Assembly: GCF_020745735.1 (NCBI RefSeq)
Contig: NC_083409.1
Location: 11,339,052-11,403,051, forward strand
Direction of reading: 5' to 3'
DNA: 64,000 bases
From: Hemiscyllium ocellatum
Taxonomy: Eukaryota
Shown: positions 1 to 13,600 of the stretch, one piece after another
Layout of the letters: each line of letters opens with the position of its first letter
How positions within the stretch are numbered: the first letter of the stretch is position 1
The notes under the pieces: generated by a model
What the model saw: only the letters and a program-made list of their open reading frames with translations
Told to the model about the DNA's origin: nothing
Databases searched by the model: none
Made by a program: the position numbers and the translations under genes

Positions 1-244
1 CTGACAGGCATGTTACTGATGGTTTCACTGTTGCCTGCGGTGAGTGAATCGCTGGGATTATTGTTCTTCAGGACCACCCTTGCTGAGCATGGCTCAGGGC
101 CTCAAGAGATTCCTAAATGTGGCTTCGGCCTCCTTGTGGGTTACCACATGCTACTCAAGGCCTTGTGTTGAGAAAGCGCAGGGATATATGGATGGGGGTG
201 CTGTGGAAGGAAGGAGTCAACGTTAATTAATGAATTAATTTATG

Positions 245-900
245 GAATGTGGATGTCACTGGCTGTGCGAACATTTATTGGCTAATTCTAATGCCCTTGA
301 GAAGGTGGCTGTGAGCTCCTTTTTGAATCACTGCAGTCCATGTAGGCCGACTGGTCGTGCTGTTGGGAGGGAGTTCCAGAATTTTGGCCCAATGACACTT
401 AAGGACAGCTGAAAGATTTACAACTCAAGATGGTAGTAGCTCGGAAGGGAACCTGTAGGTGGCGGTGTTCCCATGAATCTGCTTCCCTTGACTTCGAGAT
501 GGTACTGTCATGGGTTTGTAAGATCCATATTGAAGTGTTATGAATTTCTGCAGTGTACCTTGTTGATAGTACACACTGCTGCCCTGGGCATTAGTGGTGG
601 AGGGAGTGAATGCAGTCTGCTTTTTCCAGCTGCCGTCAAGCTTCTTGAGTGTTCTTGGAGCTGCACCCAAACCAAGCCAAGTGGCGAATAGTCTATTGCA
701 CTTCTGACTTGAGGATTGTAGATGGTGGACAGGCTTCAGGGATTCGGGAGGTGGTTTATTTTTGCAGGATTCATTGCCTCTGACCTTCTCTTGTAGCCAC
801 AGTAGTCAGATGGCAAGTCCAGTTCAATTTCTAGTCAATAGTACCCCCCCAGAATGTTGATGGCGAGGAATTTGGTTATAAAAATGAGTTACTAGCAGTA
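245..900 (-). mobile_element. L2/CR1-group LINE 3' fragment; the same family occurs at about 4700-5500, 21570-22262 and 44310-44710 (all minus)
   Basis: Four dispersed copies share gcccttgagaaggtgg..ctgcagtcc..gggagttccag..ggtgttcccatg..ctgcagtgcatc. Confidence 0.75.
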
Positions 901-1547
901 AATGATACCGGTTCATCAGGTTACAAAGAAAAGTTGAGCATGGGTTTATTTCTGGGGCTACAGAATGGAGATGTGTTAGATATGTGTAGAACCGTGAACA
1001 GATCACCCTTGGAGCACTGCAAACAGTTCTGATCCATTGTAATATGGATGTAGAGGCAGTAGGGAATATATTAAAAATATTATCTGGAATTATATCAAAA
1101 CTGAATTTGAATCCATCAAGCAAGATTGGACAGTCTTGTCTTGTTGAAAAAGAGTATCATGGTCGACGCCATTAAGTTATGTCGGGGCTTGATAGGGTTG
1201 ACATAGAAAAGACACTTCTGCTTGGGAATGACACTATCCACTGAAGCTATGGATACAATTGTAGTCACTATTACATCCAACAGGGAATTTGCTGGGGAGG
1301 AGGGTGGTGGGGAAGGTCTTTACCCAGAAAGAGGTTTGATGTCAAAATTAAACCACCAGGAATAATTGAAGCAAACAACAGATGAATTCAAGAAGAAGCT
1401 TGGAATACAAGTGATCGAAAAAAAATATGTTGATGGGTTTAGGTGGAGAGATACAGAAGGAGGCCTATGTAAATCTCAAATACCGAGACTCTGTTTTTGC
1501 GTTCTAAATCTGTGCATGTGTGTTGATCTGTGACATTTCTATGGCAG

Positions 1548-1699
1548 CAGTGGCAGCAGTAAACAAGACAGCCCATCCGTACCATTCTTGGAGAAAAGCA
1601 GAACCTCCCACCATACAAACAGAAACAGCTTTATTGAAGAGGTGGTTCAAACAGCAGCTGACAACTCGATCCACAGTGACAGTCTGCCTTCATTACCTG
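1548..1699 (+). CDS. CEP350: CEP350-like exon (SGSSKQDSPSVP...IEEVVQTAADNSIHSDSLPSLP)
   Basis: Tandem CAGCAG acceptor (start 1548 or 1551). GT donor at 1700, or an in-frame GC donor at 1709. Matches CEP350 SSSRQESPSVP...EQVQTAADDSLRSDSVPSLPDEK. Confidence 0.8.
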
Positions 1700-4600
1700 G
1701 TGAGAAAGGCGAATTCTTTAACCAGAAATGCTGTTTTGTCCTTTCACTGATCTCATGACTTAAATGGGGATTTGTGTCTCTTCAATTAGATGATTCAAAT
1801 CAACTGTCATGTAAGCACTCCTTCCATACCCAAAGGATATGTGGGTCAAATAGTAACATGTTGTGCACTAATTTATTTCAAGATTCCTTTATTCATTCAT
1901 GTGCTCAAGCTATTCAATCCAACTTCCTTGTGTTCCCCTTGGATCTGTGGTTGTGCAGATGGAAACTTCCACATGTCCCCTTAAACAATGTGTGATTCAA
2001 CATAACAGTTGTGTTGAATCAATAATTGTAACCCAACTCTGCTCCTTGGGCAGAAAACTAATCCAAGGATTCTAGCTCAGCCTTTAACTTCACGTTCAAG
2101 TTCTAAATCTTTCAGTGAACAATGGAAAATAACAAAGAACAATATAAATCATTTATTGTCTCTCCAGACTCTGCTTCTGTTGCCACTGAGTTCGATGAGT
2201 CAATGACTGAGGATGAAATTGAAGAGCAATTCTTTTATCCCCTTCTGCCATCAAAGAGCCATTGCTGCTTTAACATGGGGAAGAAACACAGGCAGCGGGA
2301 TGATTCCGATGAGGACATTCTGCAGGATCAATCGGCTTCAATAGCTGTCAAAGTGAGTTCTCCCATGGGTTCGCCAAGGGTGAGTGATGGTGCCAGTTTG
2401 TGAGATCTCAGTGCTTGGCATAGTTGCTCCTCTCCATGTTCTAGGTGTCTTGCTATGAGACTCAGATGTAGAGGATGAGGAGCAGATGGGTCAATGAGTA
2501 TAAGGGAAGTGTTGGGCAGGGGCTGTTTTTTACAAATGATAATTACCACTCACTAACAATGTGCCCAGAGTTTATAAATATTGAAGAGGAATTAATCTTT
2601 TACATTGTTAATCTTTGTGATCGAGTTACCATGCAGTGAAGACAAAGATTAATATTTACTGGGATTCCTTGCTCACCTCGTCCGGTAAACACAAGCTAAA
2701 TTTGACTGCTAAAAATGTCCCTGAATTTACAACTTTCTACTGTCCATTAAAGGTGGTAATAAGATGCAAAAGACAAGTGGCGCTTGCAGAGGAATTTGAT
2801 TTGAACAAGAGACATTTGTGCAGATAATAAGAGATATTCTAATTGGAAGGATATGGTTAGTGATATCTTGCATGGATCTATGTCGGTGCCTCAACTATTC
2901 GCTATTCATGATGAAAGGAAAGCCACATTCAAAACTTGGGGCCTCTCTCCAGATTAGCAGCGATCTCGAGTGTAGGTAGATGAAAGCATAAAATAAGAAA
3001 ACAATCTTGATAGATGAAGTAAATGAAAAATCTACAGATGAGTTTGTGTCAGCAAGTGAGAGGTTGGATCAAGATAGGATATTTCTTGATTATGAAAATC
3101 GAGAGACAGTGGAGTTCAAAGAAACTTGATGGGGCTGATCCAGCTGTATGTAGTTCATGAAAATGTCACAAACAGGCTCAAAACAGTGAACAAGGATCAG
3201 TGGAATGTTGACATTTATATCCAAAGAAGTTGCAAAAGCAAAGGATTAGAAGTCATGCTTCAGCAATTCAAAGCTGAAAATGTGTTGCTGGAAAAGCGCA
3301 GCAGGTCAGGCAGCGTGCAAGGAACAGGAAATTCGACGTTTCGGGCATAAGCCCTTCATCAGAATTTCCTGTTCCTTGGATGCTGCCTGACCTGCTGCGC
3401 TTTTCCAGCAACACATTTTCAGCTCTGATCTCCAGCATCTGCAGACCTCACTTTCTCCTCTTCAGCAATTCATAACCGAGTCAGACCAATCTGTCAGGGC
3501 TGGGCACCATGGCTTAAGAAGAGTATCACTCTTAGTGGAAGTGCAATGTAGACTTACTGAAGTGATACTTGGGCTCCGAGGCTTAATTTAAGAAGAGAGA
3601 TTAAATAGATAACATGTTAGAGTCACAACATTGAGGTGTGATATTGTGGAACACTTTTACACACAGAAATGGATGAAGTTTGAAACTCCCTTCCACAAAC
3701 AGTGATTGATTTGAAATCAGTTACAAATTTTAAATCTGAGATTGGTAGATTTTTAACCAAAATGCTGAAGGATTATGGGACAAAGACAGGGATTTGTCAT
3801 GATGTTGAAGATTACCATGATTTGTGTGAATGGTGGAATAGGCTCAAGAAGCTAAATAGCCTCCTCCTGTTGTGATGTTGATGTAACCATGACACTCTTA
3901 TTCTCTGGATGTGCAACTCCTATTCTGTTTTTGGTTATTTATCAGAACCTGGCAGCAAATTAGTAACTGGAGTCCTGACCAGAAAATTATCAGTATGAGG
4001 GACTTTGCCAGTCTTAATGTGTTTCACAGATGATGAAATGAAACAGTCAGCATTTACTCATCCTGATAAATATTGGGATAGTTTGATGGGATCACTTGTG
4101 ATGCAGCATGATTGGCATATCTGATGATGCTCCAACTACTTTTAATTGTTGTTGTCGTCGTCTGCACCCAGTCCTGAGGTTTTGTGGATTACAGGACAAG
4201 TTTTGCTTGGGTCAGGGGAAGCAGATCACCTCACTCTGTACTGTTTGTCCTCCTGTCTTTCACTGTCCAGCGTGATTTCAGCATGTCCTTCTCGGGAGGT
4301 CAAGACAGTTTCTATAAATTCACCATGGAGATGGTGCGACAATACGTGGAGGAGGAGGAGATGCGTGCACAGCACCGGGTGTCCCTCCTCAAACTGAGAG
4401 AACAAGCCATGAAGGAAAAGACCAAAGCAGAGCTGGCTTGGTTGGAACACCAGAAAAAGTGAGTAGCTGACCTATGCAGTGATGGTAAGCTGTATAGCCT
4501 TTCAAAAATGCAATGTAAGAATGTGCAGATCCTTCCAGTAATCCTTTCCGGAGAAGGGGGAAAGCTAGTGTCTATTCTCATTGCAGTGAGGCTGTTGTGC

Positions 4601-7600
4601 AGAAGCTAGGTATTCACGTCATCTTTCCCCTTATCACTGTTTGGATTGAGTAGAATGAAGCCAATTTTGATTTTTTTTTCAAATTTTTAAGTTTGTTCTT
4701 TGAACTTGGGATGTTGCGGTAATGCTAGTATTTATTTACTCGCCCTCATTCTCGAAATGGTCATGGTGTTGAGCTGCCTTGAGCCACTGCAGTCTGCTTA
4801 GTCAATATAAACGTATCAACTCGCAAGTGCTGTTAGGTTTGGAGTTCAAGGCTCTGGAATAGATTGTTGCAAGGCTGTTGTCCTCACCCACGGGTCAGGA
4901 TTTTAAACAAATAATTTCAATAGACTTCTTCGCTGCTGGTAAGGCCAGTATTGTTGTCCATCCTTCATTGCACTTGGGAAGGTGATAGTGAGTCATTTCC
5001 TCAAACATCTGCAGTTCACCCGCCACAGGTACAACCACAATGCTGACAGGAAAGGAGTACCTGGGATTTTGATCCTAAAGCAGTGAAGGAATGATGTATT
5101 CCTAAGTCAGGACGATGTGTGGCTTGCAGAGGAGCTTACAAGTAATGGTGTTACCATGTTATCTACTGTCTGTGTCCTTTTAGATGGTAGAGGTCACAGG
5201 CTTTGAAGATGCTATTGAAGGAATTGAGTGAGTTTCTGCAGTGCATCATATAGTGCACAAAGCTCTCACTGTAGCAGGTTGCTACATCCTATTTGGTGTT
5301 CTGCATCTTGGGCATGTACTGGGGAGACAGAAAGTAAGTTACTTAGTGAAGAATTTTCAGCTTCCGACCTGCTTTTGTTGACCTAGTATGGTATAGCTGA
5401 TCCATTTTAGTTTCAGGTCGAGGGTAACTCTAATGTGATAATTGTGAGGGAAGCAGTGATGATAATACCACTTCATATCAAAACGATTGCAAGAGATGGT
5501 CAATGATTGCTCAGTATGGTATGCATGCATCCATGCTGCCGTAATACTGTAGTCACGTATGCCATACTAGTTGTGGGCAAAAGATTTCCTTCAAAGTCCG
5601 TCTGTGAATTATTTGGTTTTTCTGGCTGCTCAACATCTTTGTGGACATTTTTACTTACACCAACCTTTTATTTCCAGATTTTCTTTCAAAATATCCTTTT
5701 TAATTTTGTGAGCATAAACACTGTCTTGTTGAAATAAAATTTCTTCAAATTGAGTATGATAAGAATGGAGGGGCATTACAGTTATAAAATATTAAGAAGA
5801 CTTTGCTGCTAAACAAAATCTTAAACCCTGATCATTCTCTTTCTGGTTTAGTTGCTAATTCAGCAGTGGTGACACTGTGAGATCTACTTGGGCAGATTTA
5901 TCCAAGTTTGTCTGTAAATTTGAGCATCATTATACCATTTGTAGGGAACTGTGGCTTCCTAAAGAAGTTGAATCTCTTGTCAAGAGGATGAAGAAAACTT
6001 ATGTTAGGATGAGATGTAAAGCTCAGTCAGAGTGCTTGAGAGTTACGGGTTAGCCAGGAAAGACCAAAAGAGAGAGCTAAGAAGGGACATGAGAAATCAC
6101 TGGCAGATAGGATCAAGGAAAACCATCAAGTTTTCTGTAAATATATAAGGAAGAAAAGAATGATGAGAAAGATTAGGGCCAATCAAGGATAGTTGTGGGA
6201 TGTTGGGCATGGAGTCCGTGGAGATGGGGAAGCACTTAAAGAATATTTTTTGTTCATTTTTACACTGGAAAAAGACAGTGTTGTCAAGGAGAATACTGCG
6301 ATGCAGGCTATTAGACTAGATGGGATTGAGGTTGACGAGGAGGAGTTAGCAATTCGAGGAAGTGTGAAAATAGATAAGTCCCCTGGCCAGATGGGATTAA
6401 TCCGAGGATTTTCTGAGAAGCCAGGGAGGAGATTGCAAAACCTTGACCTTTGATCTATATGTCGTCGTTGTCTACAGGAGCAGTGCTAGAAGACTGGAGG
6501 ATAACAAATGTTGTCCCCTTGTTTGAGAAGGGGAGTAAAAACAACCCTGTTATTATAGACGAGTGAGCCTCATTCGGTTCTGGGTAAGATGTTGGAAAAG
6601 GTTATAAGAGGTAGGATTTATAATCATCAAGAAGGGAATATGTTGATTAGGGATAGTCAACTCATTTTTGTGAAGAGTAGGTCGTGTCTCACAAACCCTA
6701 CTGAGTTCTTTTGAGAAAGTGACCAAACAGATGGATGAGGGTAAAGCAGTTGATGTGGTGTATATGGATTTCAGTAAGGCATTTGATAAATTTCCCACTG
6801 TAGGCTATTGCACAAAATACAGAGGCATGGGAGTGAGGGCGATTTAACTGTTTGGATCAGAAATTGGCTCGCTGAAAGAAGACAGAGTGTAGTAGCTAAT
6901 GAGAAATGTTCATCCTGGAGTTCAATAACGGGTGATGTAACGCAAGGATCTATTTTGGGTGCACTGCTGTTTGTCATTTTTGACTCAGATGAGGGCATAG
7001 AATGATGGGTGAGTAAATTTGCAGATGACAAGAAGGTCAGTGGAGTTGTGTATAGTGCTGAAGGGTGTTGCAGGTTACCGAAGGATATAGATAAGCTGCA
7101 GAGCTGAGCTGAGAAGTGGCAAATGGAGTTTAATGCAGAAAAGTATGAGGTGATTCAGTTAGGAAGGAGCAACAGGAATAAGGAATACTGGGCTAATGGT
7201 AAGATTCTTGGTAGTGTAGATGAGCAGAGAGGTCTCGGTGTCCATGTATAGGTCCTTGAAAGTTGCCACCCAGCTTGATAGGGTTGTTCCGAAGGCATAC
7301 GGTGTATTAGCTTTTATTGGTAGAGGGATTGAGTTTCAGAGCCACAAGGACACGTTGCAGCTGTACAAAACTCTGGTGTGGCCATACTTGGAGTACTGTG
7401 TACAGTTCTAGTCACTGCATTATAGAAAGGATGTGGAAGCAATAGAAAGGGTTCAGAGGAGATTTACAAGGATGTTACCTGGTATGGAGGGAAGGTCTTA
7501 TGAGGAATGGCTGAGGGACTTACGGCTGTTTTCATTAGAGAGAAAAAGATTGAGAGGTGATTTAATTGTGACATATAAGATAATCAGAGGGTTAGATAGG

Positions 7601-10600
7601 GTGGACAGAGAGAGCCTTTTTTCCCAGATGGTGATGGCTAGCACAAGGGGACATAGCTTTAAATTGCAGGAGGATGTACAGATGTCAGAGGTAATTTCTT
7701 TAGTCAGAGTGGTAGTGGTGTGGAACACACTGCCTGCAACAGTAGTGGACTCATCAACTTTCAGGGCATTTACATGCTCATTGGATAAACATATGGATGA
7801 AAATGGAATAGTGGAGGATAGATGGGCTTCAAATTGGTTCTACAGGTCAGTGCAACATTGACGGCCAAAGTGCCTGTAGTGTGCTGTAATGCTCTACGTT
7901 CTATGTTCATGTGACTTTGCCATGTCCTCTAACCAGATGCCTTCAAGACAATGGAGAAGATGACAAGATGCCATCCATCCGTAGGAGGCAGCGTGGGCTT
8001 CTGCTCAGGCTGCAGCAGGAGCAGGTATGACCCACTGAATGCCAGGGAAAATGTTCATACTTCATGAATGAGCATGTTTCCCCAAAGTTCCGATTTGATT
8101 TCAAACCTTTTATTAATGGTGATCCAGGTTTTCCTTGAAATGCCAATAACAAATGCTACTGAATGTAATGTATATGCTCGGCCTAGGGACAGATTTCCAT
8201 GCCATGGTGTTTCTGAATGCAGTTTTTCTACTGGCAATGCCCACGGCAGCACCCTGGGGCTGAAACATCTGGAGTGTTCTTCGGCCAGTAATTAATCTGC
8301 ATTGTCTCTCCAGGCCAGCAGGCATCTATCTTTGTTCTCCCCTTTTTTGGTTTGAAAACAAGTTGCTTTTCAAAGTTCAATTCTCAACTTCAGCTCACAG
8401 TTCCAAACCAAAAATGAGAAAAATATAGTTGCTGATTTTTGTTGGCAGAGGTGTTGCCAATCACGCAGTGTCAGGCAGTATCACACAGACTTGGAATGTT
8501 ACGTTATTTGCTGTTGGACTCACTACAGATTTGTAAGATTCTGCACTCACTCAACCCAGGCACACTTTCCAACTTGCCCAGCAGCAAGAGCTAATACGCA
8601 ATTCTCGTGAGTGGAAATCTGCCTATTCATCATCTTTCTCTTCTGCAAAGTACTTGGCAGCTGAGGACAGTTTTTCAGGTTTGAGGACTCAGGTTAACTC
8701 ACCACAGGCCAGGAAGCAACCTCCTGAAATAAAATCAGAAATGCTCACTCAAAGTTAGGCATCAGCTGTTGAAAAAGAACGTGAGTAACTCTTTCATGAT
8801 AATTTTCCACCTGGAGTACTTGACTGTTTGAGTTCGTGTTGACAATACATTTTGTCGAAAAAACCCACAAAGTTTTCATCAAGAACAAGCATTATAAGTT
8901 GTAAAAGTTGCACAGTGCCACCTGGAAACTGTGCAACTTAGAACTTAATGGGTTATGGAGTTGCGTGCCCTGACTTCATTTTTGTCTGTAGTTTGTCGTC
9001 AAAATAAATTTATTGACGATGTAAAGACGGGTTTGGTTGGTCTCTAACATGGTAATACATTGTATACAATTTCACCACAGGCTGAAATCAGGCATCTTCA
9101 AAAAGCCAACAAAGCTGCTCACAGGGAGAGGCAGCTGATCCTGAAACAGCAGGAGGAGATTCAACACATGCTCCAGTCCACCAGGGAAATTCAGGAGAGG
9201 CTCAAATCAGTTGGGGAGAGCAAGTTGGTTAGTATCCCACCATTTGCAAACATCTGAACGGATCAATTCAAGGTTACTATTAAAGTAAGGAATTACTTAC
9301 TCTGCAGCATGAATGATGGGTGATCAATTTCAATCCAAACTTGCTATCGGCCAGGTTTCTAGTCTATATTATCATTACAATATAAATAAAACTTTTAAAA
9401 TTTTACAGAAAAGATGTAAGAATGGTTTGTCTGCCACTGAGAAACATCAACTTAAGCCTCGGTACCTTTATTAAGTTGATAACATGTTCACATGTTCCCT
9501 TATGTAGAGACCAAAACTCTGCAACCTAAAATACCAGGAATACCTGCTGCTGCCGAGAATACCATCCTTTGTATTCATCGATATCGTGTTTTGTTCTGCA
9601 TTCCGTAGAAGTGACAGCACAAGAAATGGAGCTTTCAGCCCAATGTATCTGTGCTTCTGTTCTTTCCCTCCCTGCAATCTGGCTCCGACCTGTTATCAGC
9701 ATATCCTACAAAGGGGTCAAAACATTTTTGCACTTGATCATGTGCATAGGAATGGGACTAGGTTGTTGAGCCACTCATCTGTTTGCACTTGCTTCTATTA
9801 TAATTGATCAACATCTCCCTCCCTTAATCTGTTTCCCTGAATAAACATTCCCAACAAACAAAAAAAATCAAATTCACTTTTAAAATGTTTAATTAATTCA
9901 AAGCTCAATTAATTCAATACTAATGAAACACTCTGCCTCCTGAAAGGAAATGATGTTGCTTAGTTGCAGAAACCTGTCGTTGAATCTCATCTGTGTTTCA
10001 CTAATTCTGGAGCTGTTTCCATTTAGGAGCAAACTTAACTTCCCATGCGTCCATCTTGGTATATTCTCAGGTTCCAACTCGACAGGAGCAGCGGAATGCA
10101 AAACAACTAGAAGTGGAGAATGCTTCCAAAGTGAGCCCCACTTCCACTCTCCTGGAAACAGATACGGAGACGTGGAGTCCCTCTTCTGTTTCGAATTCAG
10201 GCAGCGAGACCAGCAACATCATGCAAAAACAGAAGATGCGCAGTCATGTGGATGAAAAGTAATATCTCTTATGGCTTCTTCTAAGGCATATTGCTGTGAA
10301 AGACTGGCAAGCCAACCAGCTCATTTGTCAGCTGGTGATATTATGGAGAGGATGAGAAAGAGAGAGACCGAGTGGCTCTGAGCAGAGATAAATATAGGAA
10401 GTCCATTTCACTGTGCTTTTCAAAGGCAGTGTGTTTGCTGCAAATGGTGTTTCTAATGATCCCACCTGAGGTGTTGTCATGTTTGACCCTGCGAGTGGGG
10501 CAGCAAAACATCAATATGGCCTCACTGTTCCTGCTCTCCAAGTAGGGGAGCTTTTTTCTTACCCTCATCTTTTTTATTTACACCCATTGCCCTGGAGTAA

Positions 10601-13600
10601 CAGTCTCAGAATGGGATTGCACTGTGAAAATTTTCACTCGTGCAAAGCTTGCTTTGCCTTTCAGTGGAGTCTGTTAGGAAACTACATGCAAATGTTGCAG
10701 GAATTGTTTTTCCTGGTGGAATTATCAGCTTGACATCATTGTGTTAGCTTTTTTATCCTATGAAGACAATTGTGTACACTACAGAGGATATAAACAGGTC
10801 TTATTGGGGCAGCACCATGGCTCAATGGCAAGCACTGCTGCCTCACAGTGCCAGGAACCCGGGTTCGATTCTACCTTCAGGTGACTGTGTGGAGTTTGCA
10901 CATTCTCCCAATGTCTGCATGGATTTCCTCCCGCTGTCCACAAATATGCAGGTTAGGTGGATTGGCCTTGCTAAATTGCCCATAGTGCCGAGCGATATGC
11001 AGGCGCGGTGAATTAGCCATGGGAAATGCAAAGTTACACGCACAGCTTAGGGGAGTGAGTTTGGGTGGGTTGCTGTGCGAGGGGTTATTATGGACTCAAT
11101 GGGCTGAATGGCCTGTTTCCACACTGAGGGATTCTATGATTTGTTCCAATCACTTCACATCAGTGTTACTGCTCCACTTGAGAATCCTGTCACCCTTGCT
11201 CATCTATTACCCTGACCCTCTATTCCTTTCTCCCTCTAATCTTGTCTATCCTCCCCTTAAACACCCGTATCATATTTGATTCAACTGCTCCCTGTTCAGT
11301 CTTCATTGCTGTAATCCAATTCTGCAGAACTTCCATATCTCCCTGATGGATTTCTTGGTGAATACTTTGTGACCTCAAGGTAGCTCTTCCCTGTGAAAGG
11401 AAACATTCTGTCTGTATCCAGTCTGCTGAACCCTCTCACCATTTTAAAGACCTCTATTGTGTCCCTGTTTGTTCTTCTTTCAGAGAAAAGAGACATAGCC
11501 TGTCAACCCTTTCCTGAGATGTGAACCCACACATTCCTGTGACCAATCTTGTCTGTGTACCCACTTCAGTTTCTCCTTTTTCTATTTATAGTATGATGAT
11601 CAGCCTGCACACAGTATCCAAGTGTGGTTTCAGCAAGGTTTGATTCAGGTTTAGCATATTTAATAATAATTAGATAGGGATGATGTGCTAAACTACTGGT
11701 GTTTTTTTCTGATCGAGTTGAGTTCAATAAATGTGAGGTACTGCATTTTGGTAAGGCAAATCAGGGCAGGACTTAATGGGAAGGTCCTGGGCAGTGTTGC
11801 TGAACAAGGAGACCTTGGGGTGCAGGTTCCTAGTTCCTTGAAGACGGAGTTTCAGTCATGAAGAAATCGTTTGGTGTGCTTGCATTTATTGGTCAGTGCA
11901 TTAAGTATAAGAGTTGGGATGTCATGTTATGGTTGTACAGGACATTGGTGAGGCCACTTTTGGAATAATGCATTCAGTGCTGGTGTGTTGTCAAACTTGA
12001 AAGGATTCAGAAAAGGTTTACAAGGATGTTGCGAAGGTCGAAGGTTTGAGCTATAGGGAGAGGCTGAAGGGTAACCTTAAAAGTTTATAAAATCGTGAGG
12101 GGCATGGATAGGGTAAATAACCATGATCTTTTTTTCCAGGATAGCGGAGTCAAAAACTAGAGACCATAGGTAAGAAAGGAAAAATTTTAAAGTTACCTCA
12201 GGGGCAACTTTTTCACTCATGTATGAAATGATGGTGAAGGCAACAATAATTACCACATTAAACAAACATCAGATGGGCTTGTAATCTGTGGTTGGACTGT
12301 TCCGAAGGCAGTGCTTGAGATTCTCCCACTATCTAAGTCAGAAGGAGAAATGGAGCTGGGGTTGGTTTTGATGAGCTCTGTTGCTATTTGAAGTTAATGA
12401 ATTAGAGCAGAAGGGGTTGTGTTGATGTAGAGGTGTAGGGAAGTTTGTTACAAATGTTTTCATTGAATATTTGTAATTTCTCCTTCATAATGTGAGGTTT
12501 TCTTGAGTATCTAAAGATAAAGCAATTTTGGGGAGATACTCAGCTGTTTTGTTTTTCTTGTTTTGCTCCTTTATTTTGTAAACATCGCTCTCCTGTCATT
12601 ACTTCTTCTCTGGCTTTACGTCTCATCAGTGGGCTTCTCTCAGTGTCTGTTTTTCCATCCTACATCCCAAATTCCAGATGTCCATCTACAACCAGCTGGT
12701 CAGGTACTGTGCAACCTCTGCTTCTCACTGATCGAGCATGCTCTGTTTCATCACATGCATGTGGATGATGTGGGGGGTCGGTGGAGGGTCAAGGGGAAAG
12801 TAACTTTGGCTACACATAGATGCTGCAAGCTGCTTGTTTGCAATATACTGCATACTTTACAATTAATCTGGAACGTGGTTTTATAGGGGCATTATTGTGA
12901 AAGCAAGAAGTTGAAGTTACACAAACAATCTTGAGCTGCTCATGCTAACAGGGTACAATAAAGATTGACCTATTTAACGTTGAGTTGGACTTTTGCAAAT
13001 AGTCTGGCAGAGTTAGCAGCCCACTAACATTGATAAATGTAACTTTAAGAAATCTGAAATTTGAGTTGCAAGGTTGAATTTTCATATGGCAGTGCCTCTG
13101 TAAGAGGGCAAATGTGTCTTTGGTGAACATTTGAGGTATTCTTATGAATATGAAAACTTAATTGGTATGTAACCGTCACAGTAGACATGAGTATCTCCAA
13201 CTACATGCAGCTACATGTTGGCTGTACTACATTTCTGAATGAACTTCACCCAAAATTAGTGAAATAATTGAAAAGTATTGCAGAATTAGAAGTGTAAATT
13301 ATGTTTGTTGTGTGAATGTTGTAATACTGGAAAGCTAATAGTAACTAGCACATTCTCCCAAGGTGAATTAACTACCACTGGAACTTTGTAATAATTATGC
13401 TTGTGTAAAGCTTTAAAGAGGCTGTAACAAATAATTAGCTTTTTCTTTTGTGATCCAGATAAGCAATTAACATGTTTTAGAAGTAATTGTATATTTTTCC
13501 TGTTAGTAACATGAAAAGCAAGATAATAATAAGCCCCTTGAGCCTGCTCTGTCATTCAGTCTGATCATGACTGATCATCCAACTCCAAACCCTGGTCTCA

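Noticed and set aside
2122-2167. MENNKEQ.. as a start of the CEP350-like protein
   Set aside because: Intronic. Homology begins at the acceptor at 2168, and an upstream exon exists at 1548.
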